From: Moniliella sp. 'wahieum'
Lineage: Eukaryota
NCBI GenBank assembly: GCA_003971905.1
Contig: RSEE01000018.1
Span: 682,001-746,000, forward strand
Direction of reading: 5' to 3'
DNA: 64,000 nt
Shown: one piece after another, positions 12,699 to 25,658 of the stretch
How the letters are laid out: the number at the start of each line of letters is the position of its first letter
Numbering within the stretch: position 1 is the stretch's first letter
The notes under the pieces: model-generated
What the model was told of the DNA's origin: nothing
Seen by the model: only the letters and a program-made list of their open reading frames with translations
The model's database searches: none
Program-made: the position numbers and the translations under genes

Positions 12699-13515
12699 AT
12701 GGAGCACAACACCATGCCGCTGCGCTTTGGAACGCATGTTGCGCTGTCTGGCGAGCTGGCCACATTGCCGCCCAACGCCAGCCCCGCCTGTCGGTGTGCG
12801 CGATACCTGCTCTGCCCCGCTGCTCCCCCGTCCGCGCTCGGCCGTGCTCAGTGGCAGCCACATGCGCACGGCACCCGACTTGGGCTACTTTGTCAACCCC
12901 CGCTCCTCCCGCCGCCGCCGTGCTGGTCAGGCACAGGCGGCACGGCGTCCCCGCAGCTATGCTGGCGCAGGTGCCAACCACCCGTACTCCTCCCCCCTCC
13001 CATGCCGCTGCATAGTCTGGCGCTCCAGCCCGAGTTGTGCCAAGTCCTTCTCCACTGCCCCCGCTCACTACATCTCTCCTACTACCACGCCCGCCTTGGC
13101 ACCGGCTCGTCCGAGCCAAGTGCCAAGCCCTGCTGGTTCGTCGACCTCGACGTCGGGCCTTCCGCTGCTCATGTCCTCGCGCGCCTTGTCTCCACCGGAA
13201 GACACGTTGCCCACACCCGCTATGGGCATGCCGGATCTGCCTTCGCCCTCGCTGGGAAGCACTGCGGCTCGCTCCCGGAGTACAGCTGGCAGTGTCCATC
13301 CTACTTCCAGTGGCTCCTCCTGGTCTTCCGCGGTGCCCTGGAAGCTGTCCGTCTCGCCGCGCGGTTTGCCCACCCAAGCACTGGGCTCTAGCAAGGCGCA
13401 TGCGCTCCCGGTACTCACCCCGCACGGCCTACGCCACTTCGGTGGCGACGGACGCTGCTCCAGCTGGGTCGTACGCCCATTGGGCCTATCCCACCTGGTA
13501 ACCCTCAAACTTTGA
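12699..13515 (+). CDS. Hypothetical Ser/Pro-rich protein (frameshifted)
   Basis: cgccATGG start after a pyrimidine-rich leader; overlapping long ORFs ending ...SWVVRPLGLSHLVTLKL; followed by a CT-rich 3'UTR-like tract. No recognisable domain. Confidence 0.3.
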
Positions 13516-13992
13516 TCCCGAATCTTGCGTGCGGGACACCCCTGTGGGTTCCGGAACCCATGCCTTGCGCCTCTCTCTGTCTCTCTCTCTCTCTTTTTTC
13601 GCGCTATGGCTCTCTACATTCTCTGTCCCTTCCGCTTGCCTGTGCTTTGCTCCCGCTCCCAACTGTGTTCTCCACTCGCTTCTTGGTTCCATTTGTGTCC
13701 TGCCGGCCGCGACTGAGATGCGGCAAGGCGAAACGAGGCGATGCCTTGTGCTCGTGCCCATGCTCTTGTCCGTGCTCATCCGCTTGTCCTTGTACTTGTA
13801 TTTGTGTACTTCTTCTGCGTCTTTATTGTTCTCTTATCTCCTTTGTCCCGCACACTACTCCGCTCCGGGCGAGCACGTTCCTTCATCTCTTCTCTACCTT
13901 CTACCTTCTCCCCTCTTTCCCCGCTGCTCGTATGCGCCACATATGCTGATCGCCTGATGGCGCCGCTCTTATTGCCCATTCACCTCTCTGTG

Positions 13993-14060
13993 TCCAATCC
14001 AATCCCAGCCACCCAAATCAATCCAATCCAATCCAATCCAATTCATTCCATTCCAATCCA
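13993..14060 (+). repeat. (ATCCA/ATTCC)n pentanucleotide microsatellite
   Basis: tccaatccaatcc...aatccaatccaatccaatccaattcattccattccaatcca. Confidence 0.8.
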
Positions 14061-16433
14061 CATCAGGTTGTTGCAGGTTTTAACTTGCCTTGGCCTGTGC
14101 ATGCTCTCTTAGTCATCGACCACTTTTCGCTTGCGCCTCAGCCTCGCATATCACATGACAAGTCACTTCCACTATGAGCGCCAGATGGCTAATCCACTCC
14201 TTCTCGGCCGACGGGTGAATATGGATAGACAATCAGGTGGCCTCTACCGTCTCGATCGGGGCGAGTAGATCGCTACTCACGATGCGTCGATGTCACGTCC
14301 AGTGGTGCTTGCCAGTGTAATACAGGAATGGAGAGAGTGGCCCTGTGGTGCATGTACAGAAATAAATAGAGATATGGATGGACGGAACAGGCCCTCGTTT
14401 CTCATCTTAACGCTGGCACTGAAGCTTTTCTGAAAGCCTCGTTGTCTACTATAGGCAAGGGAGTGCGAATGTGTTCTTGACCCTTGACCCATCCTCCTTG
14501 GGTGAAGGCTTTAGCACTGTACATATACCAGGGCTGTAAACATCTCCTCTTCCTTGCCCCACACACTCGGGATACAGATGATAGTAGTACTTATAGCTCT
14601 TGCAGACTCTTCCTATTGCTGCGATATACGTCAAGTCTCCCTTCCGGCCATAGTTCATTGAGAAACGCATCTAATCCAATGGTTTTTCTTCCTCCATCTC
14701 ACAAGATTCCTATACTCGCTTTGGGAATGTAAAAGGAAGGACGTCGTGACGCGTCGCCGCGTGAAGAAACCATGAAAGGGAAATATTAATCCACGATCAT
14801 CGATCAGGGGAGGAATTGAACACCCACACTTGTGTAGTAACCGGTAAGCGCGCATAACCGGCATAATGCACAAAACCTTCCTAACCAAGCATAACGCGTA
14901 TAACGAAAGCTGGTATACACCGGCTGGCTATCCGCGGAGACCACAGCTGGCGCTATGTGGGTAGATGACTATCGATGACTCGACAACGAAGAAGCATGGC
15001 TCATGCATCATTCTAACACAGCGTTTTGTCGGTATCGATGATGCACCAAGTTGGCTTTGAATAGGACGGGGGGATACGTTGAAAAGGCATAAGTCTTCTT
15101 GGGAGAGAGTCAGTGAGTCATAATAGTTGGGGTTGCAGCGTCTAGTCGAAGTGATGCTAGTGATGCTGGTAAAGACGCCGTCGACGGCGTCTTGCTGCGT
15201 TGGCCAAAGTCTATTTGTTTGCGGAAACGCCGTCACCGGTCACCTTCACCTGTCTCTACCACCCGACACTCCACATGGGGAGGCCGAGACAAAAAGTTGA
15301 CTGGCCGCGGGACCAGTGTCAATGTATACATACAGAAGCGTGTCATGTGTCACACGTAACAAGCTTTTACCGACCTTGCGTTACGACAAGGGAGAGGAGG
15401 GAGTCGAATTCATCAAAGGACAGAGAGTACGCGTAGTACGCCTCGCAGCTAGACGCGCTGCGGAGAGTAGGGAGTCCGATGTGTACGTGTTATCAGATCT
15501 TCCAATCTGGATCTGAGCCTAAGATTCCAGATCCCAGATCCCATCTCAAACCAAATTCATCACATGGTCCAGATCTGAGATGGGATGGCTGATCGATCGC
15601 TGATTTCGCTACGCATTCTGCTCCGAAAGCCCAGCCGCGGTGCCTGGCGCAGCGCTGCAACAGCGGCAAAAGCGGGCTGGGGCACCACTGGGGCAGGTGG
15701 CCAGTGGCCGCAGGAGCGTGGGCCGCGCCCGAGCACGAACGTTCCGAGCATGCCCGATGTCTGCTGGCCACCTGTCGCGGTGGGGAAGGTGGGGATTGCT
15801 CATGCACCCATGCATCTTTTGGCGTTTGGCCGCATTCGACGGTTGACGTTCATGGCTGACCCCCTGCAGCTGGCGCATCGCCAGTGGCTGCCCCCCCCCT
15901 TGCATCCCTCGGGGGCTGTCGCCTGCGCTGGTGCAGGCTAGTGCATGCTAGTGCGCCGGTGGGCTACTGCCCACGCCCGTCTGCCCCCCAGCGCTGTGGT
16001 GTGCGCTGGTGTGCCTCGATTGAATATTGAACGTTGCGCTGCAAGCGCCAAGCGCTGGCGCTGCGCCAGTGCGGCGAGTGGCACGTCCCATCACACACAC
16101 GGGCGCATGCACTGTGCTGCGTGCATGCTTGCGAAGCCCTAAATGTTACGCACTAACCCTAAGGCCGAAGCCAAGGCCGGAGGAGGGCCGGAGGGCCAGC
16201 AGGCAGCAGGCAGCAGGAGCGGGCCTCTGAAAACCCCCCGCGCCCCATTCCCTACCTGGTTGATTAATTCATTCCGCATCAATCATTGATCCTAATCATT
16301 CGCAGCATAGTCACATTCACTCGTCCCTGCGACCAGCCACTGCCTGCTCACACGCCCGCATCCTCGCGTCAGGCCTCAGGCGGGGCCCAGTCGAGGCTGC
16401 CAGGCACCAACGCTCCTCTCGCCCACCACCGCC

Positions 16434-19429
16434 ATGCCCGCCTCTCCGCCGCCCGCCAAGCGGCGCAGGCGCCAGCTCAGCTGCGACGCCTGCCGCGCAA
16501 GCAAGCTCAAGTGCGTTCCCCCCGCCCTCGCCACACGTCGGCCGACGCTGACTCTCTGCTGGCCAGATGCGACCGCGCGACGCCCATCTGCTCCACCTGC
16601 CGCGCCCATGCCCGCACCCCCAGCCAGTGCATGCGCAACGGCGTGCCTGTCCAGTATGCCCCAACGTCCCCCTCCCCCGCTCCGCCTCTGCCGCCGCGCC
16701 TGCCGCCCTCCCCGTGCTTCCCCGCTCCACCCCAGCCCCGACATGCCGCGAGCCCCTGCTTCCCCCGCCACACCCCGTGAGCCGGCCTCGGACGGGTCTT
16801 GTCGCCTGAGTCTTCCCCTTGCTGACCCCCCCACCACCGCTTCCAACTCCTCCTCCAGCTGCGACCCAGCCTCTGCCCCGGCCATCTCGGACCCTGCCAA
16901 CCCGCCCGAGCCTTTGGTGGGCAGCAAGCAGCCCGTCGCCACGGGCCATCCAGGCATCCTGGACCAATCCTGCTTGGACCTCGCCACGCGCACACGTGCC
17001 TTCCCGCCCGCCTGGTACAGATGGAAGCCATGTTGGATCTGTATTGGACCAAAATTGCAGTCGTCATGCCTTCGTACGACCCGGGTCTGATGCTCTTACG
17101 GACGCGCGACCTATACCGCCTTCCGCTGGGAGAAGAGGCGATGCAAGTAAGCCATTTGACCGGCATGACCCTTCCCATGCTTGCCTGGCTGTGTGCTGCC
17201 TGCTCTGCCGTCCTGCGCTTGGCTCAACCCACCCGCCTCCTCATCTGGGGCATTGTGGATGACGCAGCCGCTGTTGCGCACAAGGCGTGCGCGCTCAACA
17301 AAATGGCGCGCGAGTGTCTGTCCTGTCGTATGTGCAGGGGGAGAAGGCACTGTGCCCCATTCGTGGCTGTCCCGCCGCCCTCTTGCGGATCCAGGCAGCA
17401 GTGGCTATCACCTCGTCCGCCTCTTGTGGTGCGCCGCCACCAGGATGCAGCAATGTGTTGGACGTCGCGATCCGGTGTGCCCGTCAGGCGGGTCTGGACC
17501 GGATGGGGAAAGTGAGTGAGCTACCTCGCAACTTGCATGAGTACGAGCAAGCGGCGTGCTGGCTCGCGCTGGTTTGCGCCGACTGGCGTGGTGCACCCTA
17601 CCTGGGGTGCTATACAATCTATCCCGGCACCTTTTCTACCGAGTGGGATCTTTCGTTGGAAGAGCTGGTTGAGGCACATGCCCATCTGCTCTCCATCTCT
17701 GAGGACCGCAACAAAACAGACAAGCAGTCGTCGGACCCGCCCAGCCAAGTCTCAACTCCCACTTCCGAGTCGGAACCAAGTGACGCACGGAATGGTGCGA
17801 ACCAAGCAGCGGACCAAGCAGCAGACAAAGAGGAACATGGTGAGGCGCCCCGCGAGATGACACCCCCCATGGGCTGTGTTGACCACCATGCGGCATGTGG
17901 GTATGGGCATGGCAACTGCGGATCGCGGATGAGGCGCGCAAGCTGTGTGATTTGGGGGTACACGATGCTGCGCAGCGGGGTGAATGTGGGGTACGACAAG
18001 GTGCTGGAGCGGGACCGAACGTTGCAAGAGTTGTTGAAGCTGCGACCGGCCGAGCTAACGGTGGAGAGCAAAAAGGAAAGTTTGGACCGCGAGGTGCAAG
18101 CCAAGATCAAGCGGTTTCCTTGGCTGTTGACGCATGCAGTGGCGGTATCGACACCGTTGCGTACCATCCTCCTCTCGCTGCACATGCCCTATGTGTTGGG
18201 TGGGTACCAAGATGCCATGTCTAATCCTTCTTCGGCTCGGGCCTTGTCCATTTCCTCAGCGCTCGAGCAGAGCGTGAGGATTGTTCGAGCGGCCCAGCGC
18301 GCTTCGATGAAGGGCATCATTCTTCATCGGCAATGGCCCTTGCGGCACAGCCTATTCAACGCAGGTCTTGTTCTCATTTTTGATCTTTTGTTGCGCAACT
18401 CGTCTCTTTACCGCCTGTGTACCCTGGCGGCGCATTTGGACAGCACTCCCTGGACGAAGAGGTGGCATTAGCAATTGAGTGCCTTGACGATTCCTCCTGG
18501 CGTCGAGGACGGAGCGACGTGGCAGATGTACCTTGGGTCAACACGTCGGACTTTCCCTCGCATTGGCTTGCGCCCACTCCGCCCAATCCGACAGGACCCA
18601 GTGGCGCCCAGGTATCCCAACCTCCCAACCTAGGCGTTCAACACTTTACCGGCGAACGACTGGAACGGTACTTGTGCTTGCGCTTCGACGGAATGGCCAA
18701 CAGGGCGACGGCGCCCTGGCTGTCGACTCGTACATGCAAGCGTATGCGACCGACATGATTGGCCATCGTCGTTCCTCGGGCCGCGCAGCCGTCAAAAAAT
18801 GTCAACTGCCAAGCCAATCCCGATCCCGACAGTGGTACTGGTCTATTTCGCAGTCGCAGTCGCAGTCGCAGTCGCAGGCGCAGGCGCAGTCGTATTCGCA
18901 TCGCTCGCTCCCGTTGCCAGTGCCGTTGCCGTTGCCTCCCCACGCAGAGGAAGCTGCGACTACCCCGTTGGAACTGTCGGCACAGTATCATAATAATGTG
19001 TCCCCCGCACCGCCTGTCGCACTCGAGTGGGACGTCGCCGCGGCGCTGCCTGGTTCCCCAGCACCGTTTCCGCTGGGTCTGAACGCTGCGCAAGCCGGGC
19101 TGCCCAACCACACTGGTCTGCCAGGTCTTGCTACCGGCATGCTCGATCTGGACGGCGCACTTAGTTCGGAGCTGAGGCTAAGCCCGAACCAACACACGGC
19201 GTATACCCCTTCTATCACCACTTGTATCCCCCGTCCGCTGCGGCGCTCGGATCGTTCGCTCAATCGGACACGCCTTCGCTCGAGGCGCTCCTTCAATTGG
19301 CCGATTCTTCCTCTGGACTTCCCGTCGACGCTCTCTTGGCCGATCCGTTCTTGCTCACCATGGCCAACGCACAGTTCCCCCACCCATTTTGATTTTGATT
19401 CTTTTTGTGGGTGCCCGGGTCCCCCCTAG
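16434..19429 (+). CDS. Zn(II)2Cys6 fungal transcription factor, frameshifted
   Basis: MPASPPPAKRRRRQLSCDACRASKLK|CDRATPICSTCRAHARTPSQC across a GT-AG intron at 16511-16566; middle-homology-like segments (AIRCARQAGLD, ACWLALVCADW, ILLSLHMPYV, LFNAGLVL). 3' end approximate. Confidence 0.85.
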
Positions 19430-20998
19430 GGCCTGCGCCCAGCCCCCGGCCTGGGTTTTGGTTTCCCGGTTGGGTTGGGGTTGGGTTGGCTGGATTGGAT
19501 TGGCACCATCTACCATGATACATGTACCATGTAACACTATCGATGATCGAGTCTCGATCATCTCGATCATCGCCCGTCTCTGTCTCGCCACTCTGGCTTC
19601 TGCAATGAGATCCACTTTGAATTTGACCCGCTGCCAGGCAGGAGAGCCAAAAAAAAAGCAAAAAGCAGAAAATAGTGTTGATAGACCAAAAGCCATCACA
19701 GTTTTGCCCATTTGTTCTCCACCTCTATTACCGTGGAGAGTACAGCATATACGGTGGAGAGAGAAGGGATATAACCTGCTGCAGTTGGCGATTCTGCTTG
19801 TACTGAGGGCTGTTCTCAAGGCTCGGCGCTGCTCAGACATCGTGGTTTGGCATCTTGCAGTGGTGACATGCGACATAGCTTGAATGTAACGCTCTTGTCT
19901 GCGCGACCAACAGGGGAAAGAATGGGTCTTGAATTCGTTCCCTTTGGTACTTGCTAGATACCAAGTCGAACATCTGTTGACCTTCGTCTGCCGCATCTCG
20001 TTTTTTCCTCACAGCGGCTCTTGAACCCATGGGGTGTGACCGGATGGAGCGCACAATCGTGGGGATCGGGCATGGTAGAAGCAGAATATAAAGTGGAGAG
20101 GCACAAAACAAGTTGAAAAAAACACTGGCTCTCAAACCATGCAAAGGCTGTGAGTGTGTGGTTTGTTTAAACATGCAAAGGCTGTGTGGTTTGTTCCTTC
20201 CCGGCAAGAAACATGTTGATACGTTACGTTGATCGATTACCTTCACTAGTGACGACGCCCTACTACGATCCCTCGCCGACCCACATGGGGGCCGGTACAG
20301 TGCCGGTGCGCATGGCCACCCATAAGCTAAGCGCTAAGCGTATATCCCTAACCCCACCGCAATAGACAGCCTCTGCAAAATGCCAGGCCATGCCCTGCAG
20401 TACCTCTGCGCCGATTTATGAATATCGATGATGGATGATGAATGATCGGCACTCGAGTGATCGAGTGCGTGACTGCTCTAGTGCTCGTCGATCACTTCGC
20501 GATCGGCCAACACCGCTAGTGCGGACACACTCGGCGACGACGGGGCCAGGCATGCGGGCAGTGTCGTGTGCATCCTGTTGGTCCCTGGAACTGCACAATG
20601 CTTGAGCTGCCCCCCTCCTGCTCCCGTGCAGGCAGAGTGTTGTCCTGCCGTCCTGCCGCGCGTGCCTAGTGTCTTGTGGGCTCGCATTTGCGCGCTCTTC
20701 TAGGCCTGTGTGGGATTTGCACCCAGGAGCTGCAACCCAGGGACCGTGTCCGACGTCCTCCATTCCCAGCCCTGCCCAGTTCTGCGCAGTCGCTACCCTG
20801 CGCAGCCGGTTATGCCTTTGGCACATGGCACACGCCTCAGCCTCAGCCGCAGGTGTGTCAGGTTGGTTTCTGGGTTACAGGCCCAACGTATCTGACCCAA
20901 ACCCCTGCTCTCCGCCGTTCTTGCCTTGCTTCGCCACCACCTTCTCTTCTTAATACCCTGCTCGGGTAACCGCGGTAACGAGCCATCCCTCTGCCACC

Positions 20999-21957
20999 AT
21001 GAAGTTCGTGCTTGTCCTCGCCCTGGCAATGGCCTCTTCATTGGCTGCGGCGTCGGAAGAGCTGCTGTCTCCTGGTGAGGCCCGCGGTTGACCGCAAGCA
21101 CCACAACGAGCTGGCTCTGGAGAAGCGCTACAAGGTCTACGCGGGGGGTCGAGGTACCTATTATTCAGGCAGCTCCTTGGTGCGTTCCTTTTTCTCAATC
21201 TTCTCCAATGATCTTCTCCATTGGCACCTTGTGCTGTCATCGTTGATGCACTCGTTACTCACCTCCTTCCCCGTTCGACGGTGTTTGTGCACATAGGACA
21301 ACCCGTATTGTGGTGGCTGGGTCTCGGACAACTCCATGGCTGTTGCAGTACCCCCGAGCTCTCCGGCCAAGTGCGGGGAACTCGTACATATTCGTAAGTC
21401 CTTCCTCATCTTGGCCTTTCAAAGCTATCCATGAGATCGAGCAATGCTGGCATGGTGGTATGCAGGCTTGCTCCTGCCCCCTATGCTGGAAGAATTGATG
21501 CTAACCTTTTTCACTTTTAACAGATTAGTTCGTATTGCTACCTTCCCCCTTGCCCAGTGCTTTCACTTTTTTTTTCTCTCTCGCTTTTGTCTTTTTCATC
21601 TCCTGCTTTCCCCGGGCTCTCTACTGACCGTGTTTTTCTATCAACAGCCACGACAAAATGGTCGCGGCCCGTGTGCGCGACCGGTGCGCGTCATGCGAAA
21701 ACGCTCACAGGTAAGTCCCCTACTCGTTTTGGGCGAGGCCTCAGCAGGCTGCAACCGCTCTGGTTTGTTTCGTCAGATCTCCGACCTGCCATGGTGCATG
21801 AGATTTGCTCGTTCGCACCCTGTGACGAGGACGCTAAACGCTAACCAAATTGGGGTCTTGTTTCAGCCTCGACATGACCAAGGCCGTCTTCAGGGAACTG
21901 GCACCCCTCTCCCAAGGAGTGATTCACCCCATTCGATTCCGAATCATGCGCGACTAA
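20999..21957 (+). CDS. Small secreted RlpA-like double-psi beta-barrel (expansin/loosenin-like) protein
   Basis: Signal peptide MKFVLVLALAMASSLAAA; Kex2-like LEKR; spliced product GRGTYYSGSSLDNPYCGGWVSDNSMAVAV...CGELVHIHYHDKMVAARVRDRCASCENAHSLDMTKAVFRELAPLSQGVIHPIRF. Exons 20999-21179, 21297-21393, 21524-21527, 21648-21710, 21867-21957; one indel near 21080. Confidence 0.85.
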
Positions 21958-23999
21958 ACTAGTCTGATACCGCCACCGCCTTTGCTCTCCTCGTGACTCG
22001 GGCCTGTCGCATCACATCTGCATCCCTACCTTGGCTGTCGTCTACCCACGCTCATTTAGTACCCATTACTCTCTCTCACTGTGCTACCTGTGCCCGATCC
22101 GCCCCGGACGGTCGCTCCTTCCCGGTTCCGTTGGGTCGCTATCGTGTCTCACCAACTTGAGTTCGTTCATTATCTGGTCTCCTTTGTTTCTTCAAGGCAT
22201 TCGTCACCTTTGTGTATGGGTACGCCCGCCGGTTTTTTTCGTTTTTGGTCTTCAGTCTGTTGGGCTGGCCCAACGCTGCCTGCATCTTTCGCTCTCAGTG
22301 TACTTGGGGCTTACGATTTACCTCCTGGCGAGGTCGGCTACAGGTTCCGCTGTCTCGGTTCCTTCGCCTTCAGTTTGATGGCGCTCTGCGCGATCGATTA
22401 TGTGTTTTAGTTGGTTTATTGCGTTTATTGCGGTTTTTTTTCTTTCTTCAATTCCATCTTTTCTTGCCTCTTGATGGGGCTTTTTGCTTTCTTTTTGTCC
22501 TTTCACTCTTCTTTCGTCGCCCATACATCAGGCAACCTTGTTTCCCGTGATGGCTTCCTCCCTGTCGCCATAGGTACTTAGTACGGTGCTTTTCTACTGC
22601 CCCCATTTCCATCCATGCTTTGCTGCACTCGAAGCCCAAATGAAAAAAGTTCCTTCGACGGACTCCTGAGGCTTGACGGATGCCTGGTGCACCTGATGAG
22701 ATGCTGCGCCCCCCGGTGCAACCGACTATTCCCGCAATTATAAGTGTGTCCGTCGTTGAATGATCAGCTTCATTTTATGCAGACGGTAGGATTTTCGTCG
22801 AACATCTCTCGTGTCCAAAGCAGCTTGGTGGATGTGGCTTGGGCCTGTACCCTCAGCCTCAGGTCTCAGGTGCATTACGCCAGCGTGCCCTGTACAGATC
22901 ATGGCACGGCTAAAATGGATTCCCTTCTGACAAGGGCGATGTGAGGGTACGCATTATACCTGTGCAGGGTGGACGCTTACGACTTGGCGTGCTTGAGCAT
23001 TCATCGTGCAATTGGTGCCTGGGACGACGGGTGCTGGTGTAGCAGGTGAGGCTCTTCTCTCTCTATGGACATGAACGACAGCCGCAGTGTGTTGGGTGTG
23101 CAACAGCGTGGGCCTGGTGGGAAGGAACATGCTGTTGCCTGTCACGTGTTCCGGTACGCTTGATCACGTGTTGCTAGGTGCGCCATGTGGCGCCTGTCGG
23201 GGCTGGTGAGATGGGAGAACACGCAGGAGGGGCAGGAGTGGTCCGAGCGCGCGGGGTCCCCTGGGCTCCGCACAGGCTAGCACAGGCTAGCACAGCGCCA
23301 GTCGGCCGGGGGGGGGGGGCGCCACAGCAACGTACGGCGGTGCGGATATGAAATTTCTGCGCTGCGTTCCCGTACTAAGTACTAACTGGCACTGCGGCCT
23401 GCTGCGGCTGGCATGAGGCTTAGCTAACCAGGGCTGGCGCTCTGGCCGACAGCAGGCTACTGCCTGAGGCTCCGGTGCTGAATACTCCGACTGGGTGCTG
23501 GCAGCGCCAGGCTGAGTGCGTGGCTGAGCCTCAGCGCTCAGGCTGAGCCCCAGCGCTGACAAGGGCTTCACCGCCCGGGAGCAGCGCCATGGCGCACACG
23601 GGTCCGAGTGACGCCCAAGGCACCGCAGAGCGCACGGCGTATAACATGCACCACGCTCTGGCGCTGGGCAGCTGAGCTGAGCACAGCGGGCGGCTGCCTC
23701 TGCGTCGGCCGGTGGTGCCTTGGCTGGATGCTGCGCGGGTCACTGCACCCGTGCCCGCACATTTAAGCTTGCAGCTCCCAGCTCCAGCCGCACGCCTGCC
23801 GGCCCAACCAGCCAGTCACTAGTCCCTCTTGCTCCGCCTCCGTCCGTGCTGCCTGGCCCACCACCACCTCCTCTTCCTCCGCCTCCTCCGTCTCCCTCTC
23901 CTCCCCCTCCGCCTCCGTTTCTTCCCCCCCCCCCTCTCCCCCCCCTCTCTTCCCTGCTTCCCGCCTCTCTCGCCCCTCCTCTTCCTCCCTCTCTCCGCC

Positions 24000-25658
24000 A
24001 TGGCTGCGCCTGTCGCCGACCCCACCTCTGTCGCCGCCCCCACTTTCCCCCCCGCCCTGGCCATCCCTGCATCGCCTGCCGATGCCGCTGACTCGGACTC
24101 TGCCTACACCCCAGACTCGCATCCCCCCGACCTCGACCCCACAACGCCTCTCAGCCTGCGCGCCCTCGTTACGTCCAAGGAGGCCGGCATCATCATTGGC
24201 CGTGGCGGCCAGCACGTCGCTGAGCTGCGCGAAAAAACGGGGGTCAAGGCCGGGGTGAGTAAGGCTGTACCGCATGTACACCGCGTGCTTACCGTCTCAG
24301 GCACCCTTGAATCGGTTGCGGAAGCATTCCGTCTCATTGCCCAGGCCTTCATTGATACTGCCCAGCTGGCCACCCAGCCCGCCGCCACCTCCACCTCATC
24401 CGCATCCGTCCCAAGTCCTACCACGGCAGAGACCGACCTGGCTCCTCCGTCCCTTGACATTGAATCGGTGCCTCAACCCCCTCCCGCATCTCTTGACGAT
24501 AAAAACGCCGAGGTGGATGCTGTAGCGGCAGATGCCTCTTCCCCTTCGGCTGCACCTTCAGACACCCCAGCATCCTCCCCAGCAACTCGATCGGTGCTCT
24601 CTTCGACGGGCGTGACCACGATCCGTTTGCTGATTTCGCATGCACTCATGGGTGCTGTGATTGGCAAGCAGGGCATCACAATCAAGGCCATTCAGGAAAC
24701 GTCGGGAACGCGTATGGTGGCGACCAAGGGCATGTTACCCAACTCGACCGAGCGTGTGGTGGATATCACTGGCACTGCCTCGGCGATTGAACATGCCATC
24801 ACAGACGTGGGCAAGTACATTGCTTCGGACTGGGAACGTGCTCAAGGCACTGTCTTTTATGAGCCAGACTCGCCTGATGGAGCAGCAGCGCTGGTCGCTG
24901 GACTGCCCATCGGCGTTTCCCCTTGCCTATGGCGGGCGCGGGGTTGGTCCCCGTCGTTCAGGCAAAGGTCGGGGAAACGAGTATCCAGCTGCTGCCGGTA
25001 TGCCAGGTCTTCCCGCTGGCCTTCCTTCCCCTGGTTATGGCTCCTTGTCTCCCATTCCGACCACCCTTGCCGGCGGCGTCGACATGCTGGCGTCGGCAGC
25101 AGCCATCCCCTATGCTGCGCATGTAGCATCGATGCAGCATCAGCGCGTTTTTGCCCCGACGGGCATCCCGGCCGGATCGGAAACCTCACCGGCAGCGGTA
25201 GCTACTGCGGCATCACAAGGTGCAGCCGTAGCCCCCGGCGGAGGCTTTGTTGCTGGTGGAGTGACGGGTCAAGGGCCACTGACAGCGCCTGCGGTGATTG
25301 ATGCGGCTAACATGCGCACACAAAATATTGCCATCCCAGCCGACATGGTTGGCTGTATCATTGGCAAGGGAGGCTCGAAGATTACTGAGATCCGTCGTCT
25401 TAGTGGCTCGCGCATTTCGATTGCCAAGATCGCGCATGATGAAAGCGGAGCGCCTGTTCACCATCCAGGGAACACCTGCATCAAATGAGAAGGCTCTCTA
25501 CTTGCTGTACAACCAAGTACGTGTCCCCCCCCTTTTGGTTTTGGTTCCTCGCTTGGGGTTGCCTGAATATTGACCCATACTTGGCTGCTTAGCTTGAAAC
25601 CGAAAAGGAGCGACGGCAAGCGGCCGCTGTGGCACAGGACCAGCCCACTGACGCCTAA
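24000..25658 (+). CDS. Triple-KH-domain RNA-binding protein (PCBP/Hek2/Rnc1-like)
   Basis: Three KH domains: LRALVTSKEAGIIIGRGG, IRLLISHALMGAVIGKQG, QNIAIPADMVGCIIGKGGSKITEIRRLSGSRISI; C-term ALYLLYNQ|LETEKERR across a GTACGT...TTAG intron. Confidence 0.92.

Noticed and set aside
18849..18892. (CGCAGT)n hexamer repeat, and similar ones at 3699-3730 and 50935-50965
   Set aside because: Simple coding microsatellites with 6-bp period in disordered protein regions; not part of the palindromic heptamer family.
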